Origin: Salinivirgaceae bacterium
GTDB lineage: Bacteria > Bacteroidota > Bacteroidia > Bacteroidales > SZUA-534
Length of the DNA: 64,000 bases
Direction of reading: 5' to 3'
Assembly (NCBI GenBank): GCA_024405635.1
Contig: JAKSOL010000001.1
Location: forward strand, 64,001-128,000
The first letter of the stretch is position 1. Every line of letters begins with the position of its first letter. Below are positions 18,401 through 27,607 of the stretch, in pieces. The notes under the pieces are model-generated. The model was given only the letters and a program-made list of their open reading frames with translations. It was not told where the DNA came from and did no database searches. The position numbers were made by a program, and so were the translations under genes.

Positions 18401-21400
18401 GTGTGGTCGATGGCGGTAAACAATCAAACGGTTCCGATTTTGTTAGTTATGTGTGGAAGTGCGACGGTGCTCAGGTTTCAACAAACCGTAAAATAAACGG
18501 TGTGTCTTTTGCCGATGGAACCGACCGCAAAACTTACACTATTGAAGTACAAAACAGCAACAATTGTATTTCGCGCGACACCATTGTGGTAATCAATTCG
18601 GTGCGTAATATTGGCGTGTCGGCAGTTGAAGGCCTTACCAACAATGGCTCTATTTGTATTAACAAATTAAACAACGAGGTAACCGTTACAATTACCAACT
18701 TCTCAAATCGCGAAGACCTTCGTGTGGGCGAAACATTGGGCGTTGGTTACATTTTGTACGACGAAGAAGGCCACGAACAAAAAACTGTTGAAACGGTTCA
18801 AGTTCCAGGCACAATTGGCTATAACCAAAGTTTCCGATACAAATTCACCAACAAACTGAATTTTATTACCAGCGGAGAGCAAAAGGTAAAATTCTTTACA
18901 GTGGTTGAGGCTGATATTCAGTACGATAACGACACCACAACGCTCAATATGACAGTTAATCCTGTGCCAGTAGTAAACTTGGGCTCTCGTTATTGGCAAG
19001 TAGCCGATCCTACTACCATTACACTCGATGCCACCAACGATTTCCCTTGTACCTACGTTTGGCAAGACGGATCAACCAACCCAACATTAAGTATTACCAA
19101 TCCAGCCTCGGCTCACTATGAAGTACGCGTAACCGATTCGCACAATTGTGCCACAGTTTTAGGTCAAACCGATATTAAAACCGACGATTGGCAAGTGGTT
19201 GAAATTACTTCGCCAACCGATATTTGTGCCCCCGAAAGTGACATTGCAGTGTCGTTTATTTTGAAAAACAATAGTGCCAATGTTTATTCTTCTAGCACCA
19301 CATTAAAAGCCGATGTAATATTTGGAACAAAAAATTTCAGCGAGCAATTTGCTTTGCCTGACAATGTTGGTGCATACGAGGAAATTGAATGCACGTTAAG
19401 TACCACCAAAGTTGATATGTCAAGCATTGGAGCTTATAACATAAAACTCACCATTACTCCAAACTTCGACATCGACCGTACAAACAACCAAATTTTCGAA
19501 ACGGTAAACTTGTGGGAGGTGAAAGACGTTGACCTTGGCGATCCTATAATTTACACTCACCGTGCCGATACCATTACTCTTGATGCAGGCGCAGGTTGGG
19601 CTAGTTATAGTTGGAATGGTGGCCAGTCTGCTGCCCAAACATTTACCATACCTAGCAACGAAGATGCTTCGTATTATGTCGAGGTTGAAGATATTCATGG
19701 TTGTCAGGGCTCTTTTGCACAAGTCGATATTGTTACTACCGATATTTATGTAGAAGAAATTTTGTCGCCAACTACATCGTGCGACATTGCTGGAATTAGC
19801 ACCATTAAATTGCGCATTCGCAACAACGGTATGAGCGCTATTTTGCCAGACACCGAACTGTCTTTTAAATTTACAATTGATAACGGAGTAGAGCAGAGCG
19901 AAACGTTTGTTTTAACCGAAGGCCTTGATTCTTGTGCAACTGCCATTGCCTTTTTCAATCACAACCTTAATCTAAATGCCAACTACGAGCACTCGTTCAA
20001 AATTCGTCTCGATTGGGACGAAGATCACTTCGTTGACAACAACTCGCTATCAACTCAAATTAAGCAATATCAACACCCAGAGTCATTTAACTTGGGCGAC
20101 GATATGTACACTTCTCGCCCCGATACTTTGCATTATTCGTTGCCTAGCGGATATGTAAACTATATGTGGAGTCATGGCGAGCAAACCGCAGACGTTACCT
20201 TGCCATACACCGCTTCAACTCAATATTGGGCGCGTATCAGCAACGAGTATGGCTGCGTTTCAACCGACACATTCAACATTTACACTCACGACGTTGCGCT
20301 TAACATAACTGAAGGTGCAGTTGCACACTGCGAACCTTTTGAAGGTGAAACCGTTAAAGGCCAAATTGTAATGGAGTCGCTTGACGAAATTGACGAAACA
20401 ACATCCTTTATTGTAACCTTTAGTGTAAATGGCTACACCGATAGCAAGACTATTACAGCTCCTAGTATTTCGCACACCGAGCCAGTTGACTTTAGTTTTG
20501 ATGTGCCAATAACCTTACCTGAAATTGGCAACTACCAATTAACCACAAGCGTTGAAATGCTTGGTCATCGCGACGTTAACCTTGCAAACAATAACCAAGA
20601 GTCGGAAGTGCGAGTTGGCGCTTACCCTTTACCATTGCTCGATAAGGTTAAAACATACAACCAACTATCAGAAGGCTACGTAATTGATGCAGGTCCTAAT
20701 TTCGTAAGTTTCGATTGGAGTGTTAGCGGTGAACACTCGCAACAACTAACCATCCACGAAACAGGAACATACAGCGTTACAGCAACCGACAATAATGGTT
20801 GCCAAACAACAGGCAAAACTTTTGTGTTCTTTGCCGAACCAAAATTCGAGATAACCGACCTTTATCAGTTTAACGACATGTGTAGCACAACCGACCCAGT
20901 TTCGGTTGGTTTCTTGCTGGCAAACTCGGGTAACGACACATTGTATGTTGGTAGCAAAATAGACATTGCATATACCATTGGCGCAAATGCTACAATTAAC
21001 GAGCAATATGAAGTAACTACCGATATCTTACCAAAAGACACAATTCCTGTAGTGTTTAAAACTAAAGCCGATTTTAGCACCGCAAACGAAAGTGGCTATT
21101 TGGTTAATATCGAAGCATCGGTTGAGGGCGCAGCAAGCGTTTCGCGACCTGTTATGATTCACGTTTGGCAACTCCCTAAAGTTGAACTCATTGAGGTGGT
21201 TAACGACAAAGATGGCGAACTCCTAACTCGTAACGTATCAACATTGAAATCAAGTTTCGAAATGGGAACCTCAGGAGTGTTTAACACCTATTTGTGGAGC
21301 AATAAATCAACCGGACAAACTCTAACCGTTGACAAAAGCGGCACTTATTGGGTTACTGCAACCAACCAACATGGATGTAGAGCTGCCGATACCGTTGACC

Positions 21401-22236
21401 TCCACTTTATTCCTCCAACTGTGGCCATTATCGATATGAAAGCACCAAACTCGGTTTGTGGCAGCATCGACAACCAAACAGTAAGCGTGGTTATTATGAA
21501 CAATGGCGAAAAAGTTGTTGATGCTGGAACCGACATCCATCTACATTACATTGTTGACAAGTATGCCGATGTTTCAGAAGACTTGACTCTTAAATCCGAT
21601 TTTGTTTATGGTGCAAGCATAAACTACGACTTTAAAAATAAACTAACCATTGCCGAATCGGGCGACTATGCAGTCAAATTCATCTTAACAATAGGCGACG
21701 AAACAAAAGATACAAGCATATACAACTTGAGCGCTTATCCAGTGCCTGAATTTACTTTCCCACATGCCGAAATTAAGTCGAAAGAGTCTCCTTACACCAT
21801 TGAGGCCCCAAAATCGGCAGTTTCCGACGTGGCTTACCTTTGGAGCACTGGAGCAACATCAAACAGCATAAGTGTATTTGGCTCTGGTAAATACGAACTT
21901 ACACTTACCACTCCACAAGGATGTAGCTTTACAAGTTCGGTGTCGTTTGTTTTAGAAAACAACCAAGGCATTGACGACGATAACATTTCAGAAGTGCAAA
22001 TTCAAATGGTGAAACTATATCCAGTACCTGCGCGAAACTTGCTTAACGTAAATTTGCCACATCAATTGCAAGGTTCAAACTTGGTAATAATGAATTCAGC
22101 AGGAATGGTTATTAGCAAAATTGATGCAGCTGAAATGGTAAATACTATTGACGTTAGCAATTGGGCTCAAGGCGTTTACTTCTTGAATTTGGAAAACAAC
22201 CAAGGTTCAGCAACATTCAAATTCATTGTTCAATAA
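15451..22236 (+). CDS. Very large T9SS type-A cargo surface protein (2261 aa, adhesin-like multi-domain)
   Basis: Signal peptide ending SA-Q, jelly-roll modules (FQEDFE...IDDIKI), repeated Ig/CARDB-like units and LDAG..Y.W repeats. C-terminal sorting domain LYPVPARNLLNV...GVYFL. Confidence 0.88.
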   Translation: MKKFFLSVLMLATIGVSAQTVFFQEDFENGGSRPDGWTEEYVSNGNEHLSWTYQNGGTKPAGAYAEPIPSSAHGGNYNAFFYRRSLGYTQETYLVSPTIDLEFAHKPMLVFYYSLMASQLTIEDKADCFTFSLCYRVLDGTSKKWVELKEYSDMTTEMYPWRGDSIYLPDTLCKYRQVQIAFLGKTKVMGLGVCIDDIKIIETQVVNKYIENVYASQPNVNVVPTGSKDNPVLRLRFPVMGNDNKLMLQKLTVNALMQTKDAVPANGVKIYHTTTEYFSTNTLLGTASIVNGKAVFNNINYDLPYGNSYVWVACDVKQDNNHELKGYNIDFSVDANAIAINGINYPSSELNPTGQRTINESILINDFEESIAGWTFTGEFEWSEAKGLGSGSTGAKDPSYAHSGKKMIGTDISGLGTYPGDYELGIEGAGYKAVTPELNCYHYKDISLMFYRWFNVSFGDSATIDVSLDNGTTWNPLWENAVYISERDWSFHKISLGKFADRAPSVKLRFTLGPTGELMHLSGWNIDDVAVVGTFVYVDAAVTAINSPIDDCGLSSAEEVSVTIKNTGYSNISSSYKVSYSLDGKDWVTETVNHPLVRDEEFVYTFSKKADFSALGNHNLTVRVELPDDEYAKNDEVSTVIRSIPYFELPYAEEFEENDGYWRNIGNSTTWQYGRPTGDNISSAYKSNKCWFTKPANGYEANNVVYLESPCFNFSNVQRPMMSFAITGHSIENQDGVAVYYTTDNGRTWTLLPAGVEYSKLHWYNKSTNISALGSSGFSGTFGWTYIEQLLPVELAGKSAVKFRIMFATGAAKTTTQKIENGDGEEDDEYVDVIVPYDGFAIDNFKVFECPVDAGVLAITSPTSDCYLSKQQQISVSIKNYGIRAITPADTLSAAVELGSKVFHQKFFASTNIPVGQSATFTFDTTFNMYDKKTYNIVAYTELYGDTLLFSTINNDQATAQVSVLGEPAYTLGPDIGTLDPATCVVDGGKQSNGSDFVSYVWKCDGAQVSTNRKINGVSFADGTDRKTYTIEVQNSNNCISRDTIVVINSVRNIGVSAVEGLTNNGSICINKLNNEVTVTITNFSNREDLRVGETLGVGYILYDEEGHEQKTVETVQVPGTIGYNQSFRYKFTNKLNFITSGEQKVKFFTVVEADIQYDNDTTTLNMTVNPVPVVNLGSRYWQVADPTTITLDATNDFPCTYVWQDGSTNPTLSITNPASAHYEVRVTDSHNCATVLGQTDIKTDDWQVVEITSPTDICAPESDIAVSFILKNNSANVYSSSTTLKADVIFGTKNFSEQFALPDNVGAYEEIECTLSTTKVDMSSIGAYNIKLTITPNFDIDRTNNQIFETVNLWEVKDVDLGDPIIYTHRADTITLDAGAGWASYSWNGGQSAAQTFTIPSNEDASYYVEVEDIHGCQGSFAQVDIVTTDIYVEEILSPTTSCDIAGISTIKLRIRNNGMSAILPDTELSFKFTIDNGVEQSETFVLTEGLDSCATAIAFFNHNLNLNANYEHSFKIRLDWDEDHFVDNNSLSTQIKQYQHPESFNLGDDMYTSRPDTLHYSLPSGYVNYMWSHGEQTADVTLPYTASTQYWARISNEYGCVSTDTFNIYTHDVALNITEGAVAHCEPFEGETVKGQIVMESLDEIDETTSFIVTFSVNGYTDSKTITAPSISHTEPVDFSFDVPITLPEIGNYQLTTSVEMLGHRDVNLANNNQESEVRVGAYPLPLLDKVKTYNQLSEGYVIDAGPNFVSFDWSVSGEHSQQLTIHETGTYSVTATDNNGCQTTGKTFVFFAEPKFEITDLYQFNDMCSTTDPVSVGFLLANSGNDTLYVGSKIDIAYTIGANATINEQYEVTTDILPKDTIPVVFKTKADFSTANESGYLVNIEASVEGAASVSRPVMIHVWQLPKVELIEVVNDKDGELLTRNVSTLKSSFEMGTSGVFNTYLWSNKSTGQTLTVDKSGTYWVTATNQHGCRAADTVDLHFIPPTVAIIDMKAPNSVCGSIDNQTVSVVIMNNGEKVVDAGTDIHLHYIVDKYADVSEDLTLKSDFVYGASINYDFKNKLTIAESGDYAVKFILTIGDETKDTSIYNLSAYPVPEFTFPHAEIKSKESPYTIEAPKSAVSDVAYLWSTGATSNSISVFGSGKYELTLTTPQGCSFTSSVSFVLENNQGIDDDNISEVQIQMVKLYPVPARNLLNVNLPHQLQGSNLVIMNSAGMVISKIDAAEMVNTIDVSNWAQGVYFLNLENNQGSATFKFIVQ

Positions 22237-22243
22237 ACTGAAT

Positions 22244-22996
22244 ATGGCGCGCTACTTTTTGGTACTCGATTACAACGGAACCAACTTTTTTGGCTGGCAG
22301 CGGCAACCAAAACAAATAACTGTGCAAGGTTGTATTGAGCAAGCCTTGTCAACCTTGTTGCACCAACCAACTGAGGTTACTGGTTGTGGCCGCACCGACA
22401 CAGGTGTGCATGCAGTTAATTACGTTGCACATTTTGATGCCGAACAAACCAACCTTCACACCGATAGTAAATTCTTGTATCAACTTAATAGCATGCTGCC
22501 ATATCATATTTGCATCAAACGCATATCGCCAGTTCCGACCGAAGCGCATGCAAGGTTTGATGCAACTTGCCGCACATATAAATATTATCTCACAACACGA
22601 AAAGACCCGTTTCGGCTCGATTTTGCAATGCTGCAACGTGGTAGCAACGTGCCAAATATCGAATTGATGAACCAAGCTGCCGAACATTTGTTGCACATCA
22701 ACGATTTTGCAAGTTTCTGCAAAGCCGGTAGCGACATTAAAACCACACTTTGTGAAGTGAGCGTGGCACATTGGGAACAACAAGGCGATTTGCTAGTGTT
22801 TACAATAAGAGCCAATCGTTTTTTGCGAAACATGGTGCGTGCAGTAGTTGGAACATTACTCGAAGTAGGTACAGGCAAAATATCGGTTAACGATTTTTAC
22901 AACATTGTTGAAAGCCATAACCGAGGCTGTGCAGGCACCTCTGCCGATGCAAAAGGACTTTTTTTAGTTGACATTAAATACCCTTACGAATATTAG
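22244..22996 (+). CDS. truA: tRNA pseudouridine(38-40) synthase
   Basis: YNGTNFFGWQRQ, GCGRTDTGVHA, HARFDA and FLRNMVR motifs. Confidence 0.97.
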   Translation: MARYFLVLDYNGTNFFGWQRQPKQITVQGCIEQALSTLLHQPTEVTGCGRTDTGVHAVNYVAHFDAEQTNLHTDSKFLYQLNSMLPYHICIKRISPVPTEAHARFDATCRTYKYYLTTRKDPFRLDFAMLQRGSNVPNIELMNQAAEHLLHINDFASFCKAGSDIKTTLCEVSVAHWEQQGDLLVFTIRANRFLRNMVRAVVGTLLEVGTGKISVNDFYNIVESHNRGCAGTSADAKGLFLVDIKYPYEY

Positions 22997-22997
22997 T

Positions 22998-23366
22998 ATG
23001 AAAACGTTTCTTACAATTACCTTGCTCGTGTTGAGCAACACTTTTATGACCTTTGCGTGGTATGGCCACCTTAAGTTCAAAGAAATGAAATGGTTTAGTG
23101 CGCTACCATTGGTTGCTGTAATTCTCATTAGTTGGGGAATAGCACTATTTGAGTACTTCTGTCAAGTGCCTGCCAATCGCATTGGTTTTCGCGAAAACGG
23201 TGGACCTTTTTCGTTGGTTGAACTTAAAGTCATTCAAGAAGTTATAACACTTACTATCTTCACCATTTTTACATTGGTGTTTTTTAAAACCGAAACATTT
23301 CGTCTCAATCACCTAATTGGTTTTGTATTCCTTATTCTTGCAGTTTATTTCATTTTTAAGAAATAG
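22998..23366 (+). CDS. DMT family protein (DUF486-like)
   Basis: SNTFMTFAWYGHL, SWGIALFEY and QVPANRIG motifs. Confidence 0.9.
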   Translation: MKTFLTITLLVLSNTFMTFAWYGHLKFKEMKWFSALPLVAVILISWGIALFEYFCQVPANRIGFRENGGPFSLVELKVIQEVITLTIFTIFTLVFFKTETFRLNHLIGFVFLILAVYFIFKK

Positions 23367-23388
23367 GCAGTAGAATTACAAAAGGCAT

Positions 23389-23427
23389 AAAAAAAGCGAG
23401 AATCTTTTTTCAAGGTCCTCGCTTTTT
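23389..23427. terminator. Bidirectional intrinsic terminator
   Basis: aaaaagcgag...ctcgcttttt between convergent genes. Confidence 0.75.
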
Positions 23428-23447
23428 ATTTTGTACAATTTTAAGAC

Positions 23448-23951
23448 TTATCTTGCAAATTTATCAAGGTCGCTAGCCATTTGCAATTTGTGAGCTGTTA
23501 CGTTGTCTTTTCTAATCTCAATTTTAATCTTATCGTCTTGAACGTAAAAATTAATAGCCGAACCTTTTTCAAGTGAACCAGTACGTTCAGTAACAATCAA
23601 TGTGCTAGCATCAGCCACAAGACCTGTTGCTTTTTCCATGTTTGCAGCATTGCTTACACCAGTTCCTAAAAACAAAATGTGGCATTTTGAAATTTCGTCA
23701 ACGGTTTTCACTTTTCTAATAACAATATCTTGCATACCCAATTTTTTACCTGTTGTAATGGTTGTCAATTGTGATGCAAGTTCATTGTGGTTAACAACAC
23801 ATATAACAAAATCGCCATTCTTGTCTGCCGATGGCCAGTTTATTTGTTTAGTGAAGTTATAGATAAACAGCGCCTTGTATTTCGCATCTTGAGCCTCTAC
23901 GCACAGAGCGAATAGGAAAACGCTCGCAATGGTTAGAAGTATTCTTTTCAT
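23448..23951 (-). CDS. YfiR family periplasmic protein
   Basis: KALFIYNFTKQINWP, CHILF and GSAINF motifs; signal peptide. Confidence 0.88.
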   Translation of the reverse strand: MKRILLTIASVFLFALCVEAQDAKYKALFIYNFTKQINWPSADKNGDFVICVVNHNELASQLTTITTGKKLGMQDIVIRKVKTVDEISKCHILFLGTGVSNAANMEKATGLVADASTLIVTERTGSLEKGSAINFYVQDDKIKIEIRKDNVTAHKLQMASDLDKFAR

Positions 23952-24261
23952 ATTCGTATAGTTTGTGGTTTGTGATAGTGTTGCTAAAATATGTATTAAA
24001 ACTATTCACAATGCATTGTTAAGAAGTTTTTTTTGTTAAAAAGAACTTTTTTGTAGCAATAATTTGTTCAATAATGACATTTGTCATTAAAATATGTCAC
24101 CTATTTGCATAATAGATAAATAGACCTATTGTACAAACGACAAATGTTATTGCATAGTTACTATGCTAGCTAATGGTTAAAGTTTTTTGATGCGAAAGGT
24201 GCTAATATCAAAAATTCATTGAATAAACCTTTTTACTTTTGTGCCGCTAAAATCAATGTAG

Positions 24262-25692
24262 ATGGAAGTAGGCAATTTGCTCAACAACGATATTTTTAAA
24301 GCAGTTTCGACCATTTTGGGGCAACGCAATCAGCAAGCTTTTGTAATTGGAGGTTTTGTGCGTGATTGGAAATTGGGACGCCCATCAAACGATATCGATA
24401 TAGTTACTGTTGGTAGTGGAATTGAATTGGCTACTGAAGTGGCTGCATACCTTGGCAAAAAAGTGCATCGCAACATTAAAGTGTCGGTGTTTAAAAACTT
24501 TGGCACAGCCATGTTTAAGTTCAATAATATTGAGGTTGAATTTGTTGGTGCACGTAAAGAATCGTATAACCGAAATTCGCGCAAGCCTATTGTTGAAGAT
24601 GGCACTTTAGAGGATGACCAATGTCGTCGCGATTTTACCATAAATGCACTAGCCCTCAACTTACATCCCGACCATTATGGCGAATTGATTGACCCATTTG
24701 GTGGAATTCAGGACTTGGAAAATAAAATTATTCGCACTCCTCTTGACCCCGATACCACATACTCTGACGACCCGTTGCGAATGTTGCGAGCCATAAGGTT
24801 TGCTACTCAACTCAATTTTATGATTGAAGACGAGTCGTTTGCCGCCATTGAGCGTAATAAAGAGCGAATAAAAATTATTTCGCAAGAGCGTGTTATTGAG
24901 GAGTTTAATAAAATTATGCTTTCGCCGCAGCCGTCAGTGGGCATAAAGTTGCTTCAAAAAGTAGGGTTGCTTGCCATAGTTTTTCCTCAAATAGAGGCTC
25001 TTAAAGGTGTTGAGGTTATTGATGGTTGCCGACATAAAGACAATTTTTATCACACAATTGAGGTGCTTGATAATGTTTGCCGAACTTCTAACGACATTTG
25101 GCTTCGTTGGGCAGCATTGTTGCACGATGTGGGTAAACCAGTAACAAAAAAATATATTAAAGATCAGGGGTGGACTTTTCGTGGTCACGAATTTGTTGGC
25201 AGTAAAATGGTTCCACAAATCTTTAAACAGTTGAAACTTCCACTAAATGAGAAGATGAAGTATGTGCAAAAAATGGTGTTGTTGCACATGCGCCCAATTG
25301 TTTTGGCCGAAGATATTGTGACCGATAGCGCAGTTCGTCGGTTGTTGTTTGAGGCTGGCGACGATATTGACGACCTAATGTTGTTGTGCGATGCCGATAT
25401 TACTTCAAAAAATCCCGAAAAGGTTAGTCGTTACCTTGATAACTACCAACTTGTGCGAAGAAAATTGGTAGAGGTAGAGGAAAAAGATCGGGTGCGGAAC
25501 TGGCAACCTCCTATTACTGGCGAAATGATTATTGAAACATTTAAGTTGTCGCCATGTAGGGCTATTGGTGATATAAAAAACGCAATAAAAGAGGCTATTC
25601 TTGATGGAGAGATTGAAAATTCGTACGAGGCTGCTTATGCGTTTATGCTTGAAAAAGGGCAAGAAATGGGCCTTAAAGTGGGGGGCAAATAG
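24262..25692 (+). CDS. cca: CCA tRNA nucleotidyltransferase / poly(A) polymerase family with HD domain
   Basis: [32 protein letters not shown] and LLHDVGK motifs. tacttttg promoter element at 24234-24241. Confidence 0.93.
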   Translation: MEVGNLLNNDIFKAVSTILGQRNQQAFVIGGFVRDWKLGRPSNDIDIVTVGSGIELATEVAAYLGKKVHRNIKVSVFKNFGTAMFKFNNIEVEFVGARKESYNRNSRKPIVEDGTLEDDQCRRDFTINALALNLHPDHYGELIDPFGGIQDLENKIIRTPLDPDTTYSDDPLRMLRAIRFATQLNFMIEDESFAAIERNKERIKIISQERVIEEFNKIMLSPQPSVGIKLLQKVGLLAIVFPQIEALKGVEVIDGCRHKDNFYHTIEVLDNVCRTSNDIWLRWAALLHDVGKPVTKKYIKDQGWTFRGHEFVGSKMVPQIFKQLKLPLNEKMKYVQKMVLLHMRPIVLAEDIVTDSAVRRLLFEAGDDIDDLMLLCDADITSKNPEKVSRYLDNYQLVRRKLVEVEEKDRVRNWQPPITGEMIIETFKLSPCRAIGDIKNAIKEAILDGEIENSYEAAYAFMLEKGQEMGLKVGGK

Positions 25693-26232
25693 TTAATTGT
25701 CAATATATTCTTCTTCGTTGCCTTTATACCACTCGGCAAAGTCGATATAGTGGTTGGCCGATTTGGTAATCATTGCTTCGCATTGTGCGGGCGAAAGGTC
25801 TTTTACTTTTTTTGCAGGAACTCCAGCATATACACTATTTGCCTCAAGTACAGTTCTTCCTAACACTAAGGCTCCAGCGGCAACAATTACGTTTGAGTTT
25901 ACAACAGCATTGTCAAGTATGGTTGATCCCATGCCAATCAAAACATTGTCTTTTACTGTTGCTCCATGAACAGTGGCGTTGTGGCCAATGGTTACGTTGT
26001 TGCCAATAATGGTTTGCGATGTTTTAAAACTACCATGAATCACAGCCCCATCTTGAATGTTTGTGCAGTTGCCAATGCGTATTCCGCTAACGTCGCCGCG
26101 CAAAACTGCTCCGTACCAAATGCTGCAGTTGTCGCCGGTTTCAACATCGCCAATTACAACGGCAGTTTCTGCTAAAAAATTGTTTTTGCCTAGTTTTGGT
26201 TTTACGCCATTCAGTGTTCTTATAAGTGCCAT
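25693..26232 (-). CDS. Gamma carbonic anhydrase family (hexapeptide-repeat) protein
   Basis: IWYGAVLRGD, NIQDGAVIH and TIGHNATVHG motifs. Confidence 0.93.
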   Translation of the reverse strand: MALIRTLNGVKPKLGKNNFLAETAVVIGDVETGDNCSIWYGAVLRGDVSGIRIGNCTNIQDGAVIHGSFKTSQTIIGNNVTIGHNATVHGATVKDNVLIGMGSTILDNAVVNSNVIVAAGALVLGRTVLEANSVYAGVPAKKVKDLSPAQCEAMITKSANHYIDFAEWYKGNEEEYIDN

Positions 26233-26308
26233 AATTGTTAGTTTCTTTTGGCTCAAAAGTGCACAATTATCTTTTGCGTTTCAATAGCAAATGTTGGTTG
26301 TTGGGGAA

Positions 26309-26341
26309 TAAAAAACGCCCGAATTAGTGTTCGAGCGTTTT
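26309..26341 (-). terminator. Intrinsic terminator after rluB
   Basis: aaaacgcccgaa...ttcgagcgtttt stem. Confidence 0.65.
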
Positions 26342-26361
26342 GTGTTAACTTATGCAAATGT

Positions 26362-27570
26362 TTATTTGTAAGTGCCTCGTTTTAGCATAATTACTTCTTT
26401 TTCTTCCAAAAAGCGCCATTTGCCGCGTGGAAGATTCTTTTTTGTTAAACCGGCATAGTAAACGCGGTCAAGTTTTTTCACTTTGTAGCCAAGTGCTTCA
26501 AACATGCGGCGTACAATGCGGTTGCGGCCACTGTGGATTAAAATTCCAACTTCGGTTTTGTCGCCTGGAGTGCAATATTCAAGGTCGTCGGCTTGGGCTG
26601 GACCATCTTCAAGAGTAATGCCGTTTAGTAGTTTTTCAATGTCGGCCTCGCTAACAGCGTGGTCAAGCGTTACTTGGTAAATTTTTTGTTTGTTGTAGCG
26701 AGGGTGCGACAATTGTTCGGCTAATTCGCCATCGTTGGTTAGTAGTAGCAAACCTGTTGTCGATTTGTCAAGTCGGCCAACTGGAAAAACTCTTCCATGT
26801 CCTGCGTTGCCAATAAGGTCCATCACTGTTTTGTCGGCATGAGGGTCGTCAAGTGTGGTAACGTAGTCTTTTGGTTTGTTTAGCAAAATGTAGGTTTTCT
26901 TTTCGGGCATTAGTGGTGCGTCGTTAAACTTCACTATATCGCCATAGTAAACTTTAGTTGCTAGTTCGGTTACAATTTTTCCGTTTATTGAAATAACACC
27001 AGCGGTTATGTATTTTTCAGCATCGCGACGGCTGCACACTCCAGCATTTGCAATGTAGCGGTTAAGGCGTATGCCTTCTGGGTCGCTCATTGTTACTGCG
27101 GCATTTTGTGAGCGTGTTGGTTTGTCTTGTATAATGTCGGTTAACTTGTTTTCAAATTTTTTGGTGTTAAATGATTTTCTTTCACCATCGTTTTTGCTTC
27201 CAAAACGAGGTTTGCGGTCGGTTTTTTCGCCAAAACGAGGTTTGCGGTCAGTTCTTTCGCCAAAGCGAGGTTTACGGTCAGAGTCGTTGGCAAAGCGAGG
27301 TTTGCGTTCGCCTTCGGTTCTGTCGCCAAAGCGTTTTGTTTGAGCGCCAGATTTTTTCTCAAAAGAGTGGCGGCTGAAATGTTTTTGACCTTGTTCGTCG
27401 GTTTCAAACGATTTGTGTCCAAACGATTTGCGTGGACGTTCTCCGTCAGAGTCATCGCGACGTGGACGGGCTGAGTGACTTGGTTTTCGGTCGGAGCTAC
27501 GGCCAAAACTTCTTCCTTCTTGGTTGCCGCCTTGGCGTGATGCTCTGCGGCTGTTGTTTGAATATTGCAT
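26362..27570 (-). CDS. rluB: rRNA pseudouridine synthase (RluB/RsuA family) with long basic low-complexity N-terminus
   Basis: S4 domain RLNRYIANAGVCSRR, LNKPKDY, PVGRLD and GRNRIVRRM motifs. Confidence 0.88.
   Translation of the reverse strand: MQYSNNSRRASRQGGNQEGRSFGRSSDRKPSHSARPRRDDSDGERPRKSFGHKSFETDEQGQKHFSRHSFEKKSGAQTKRFGDRTEGERKPRFANDSDRKPRFGERTDRKPRFGEKTDRKPRFGSKNDGERKSFNTKKFENKLTDIIQDKPTRSQNAAVTMSDPEGIRLNRYIANAGVCSRRDAEKYITAGVISINGKIVTELATKVYYGDIVKFNDAPLMPEKKTYILLNKPKDYVTTLDDPHADKTVMDLIGNAGHGRVFPVGRLDKSTTGLLLLTNDGELAEQLSHPRYNKQKIYQVTLDHAVSEADIEKLLNGITLEDGPAQADDLEYCTPGDKTEVGILIHSGRNRIVRRMFEALGYKVKKLDRVYYAGLTKKNLPRGKWRFLEEKEVIMLKRGTYK
27200..27335 (-). repeat. Coding tandem repeat, about 4 x 30 bp (DRKPRFGEKT-like)
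   Basis: Units start at 27200, 27230, 27260 and 27290 (ccaaaacgaggtttgcggtc...). Confidence 0.9.
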
Positions 27571-27607
27571 TTTGTTTTTGTTTATAGGGCCGCAAAAGTA
27601 AGTAAAA

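Noticed and set aside
27200-27335. 30-bp periodic repeat as a CRISPR array
   Set aside because: It is an in-frame coding repeat without unique spacers, and no cas genes are present.
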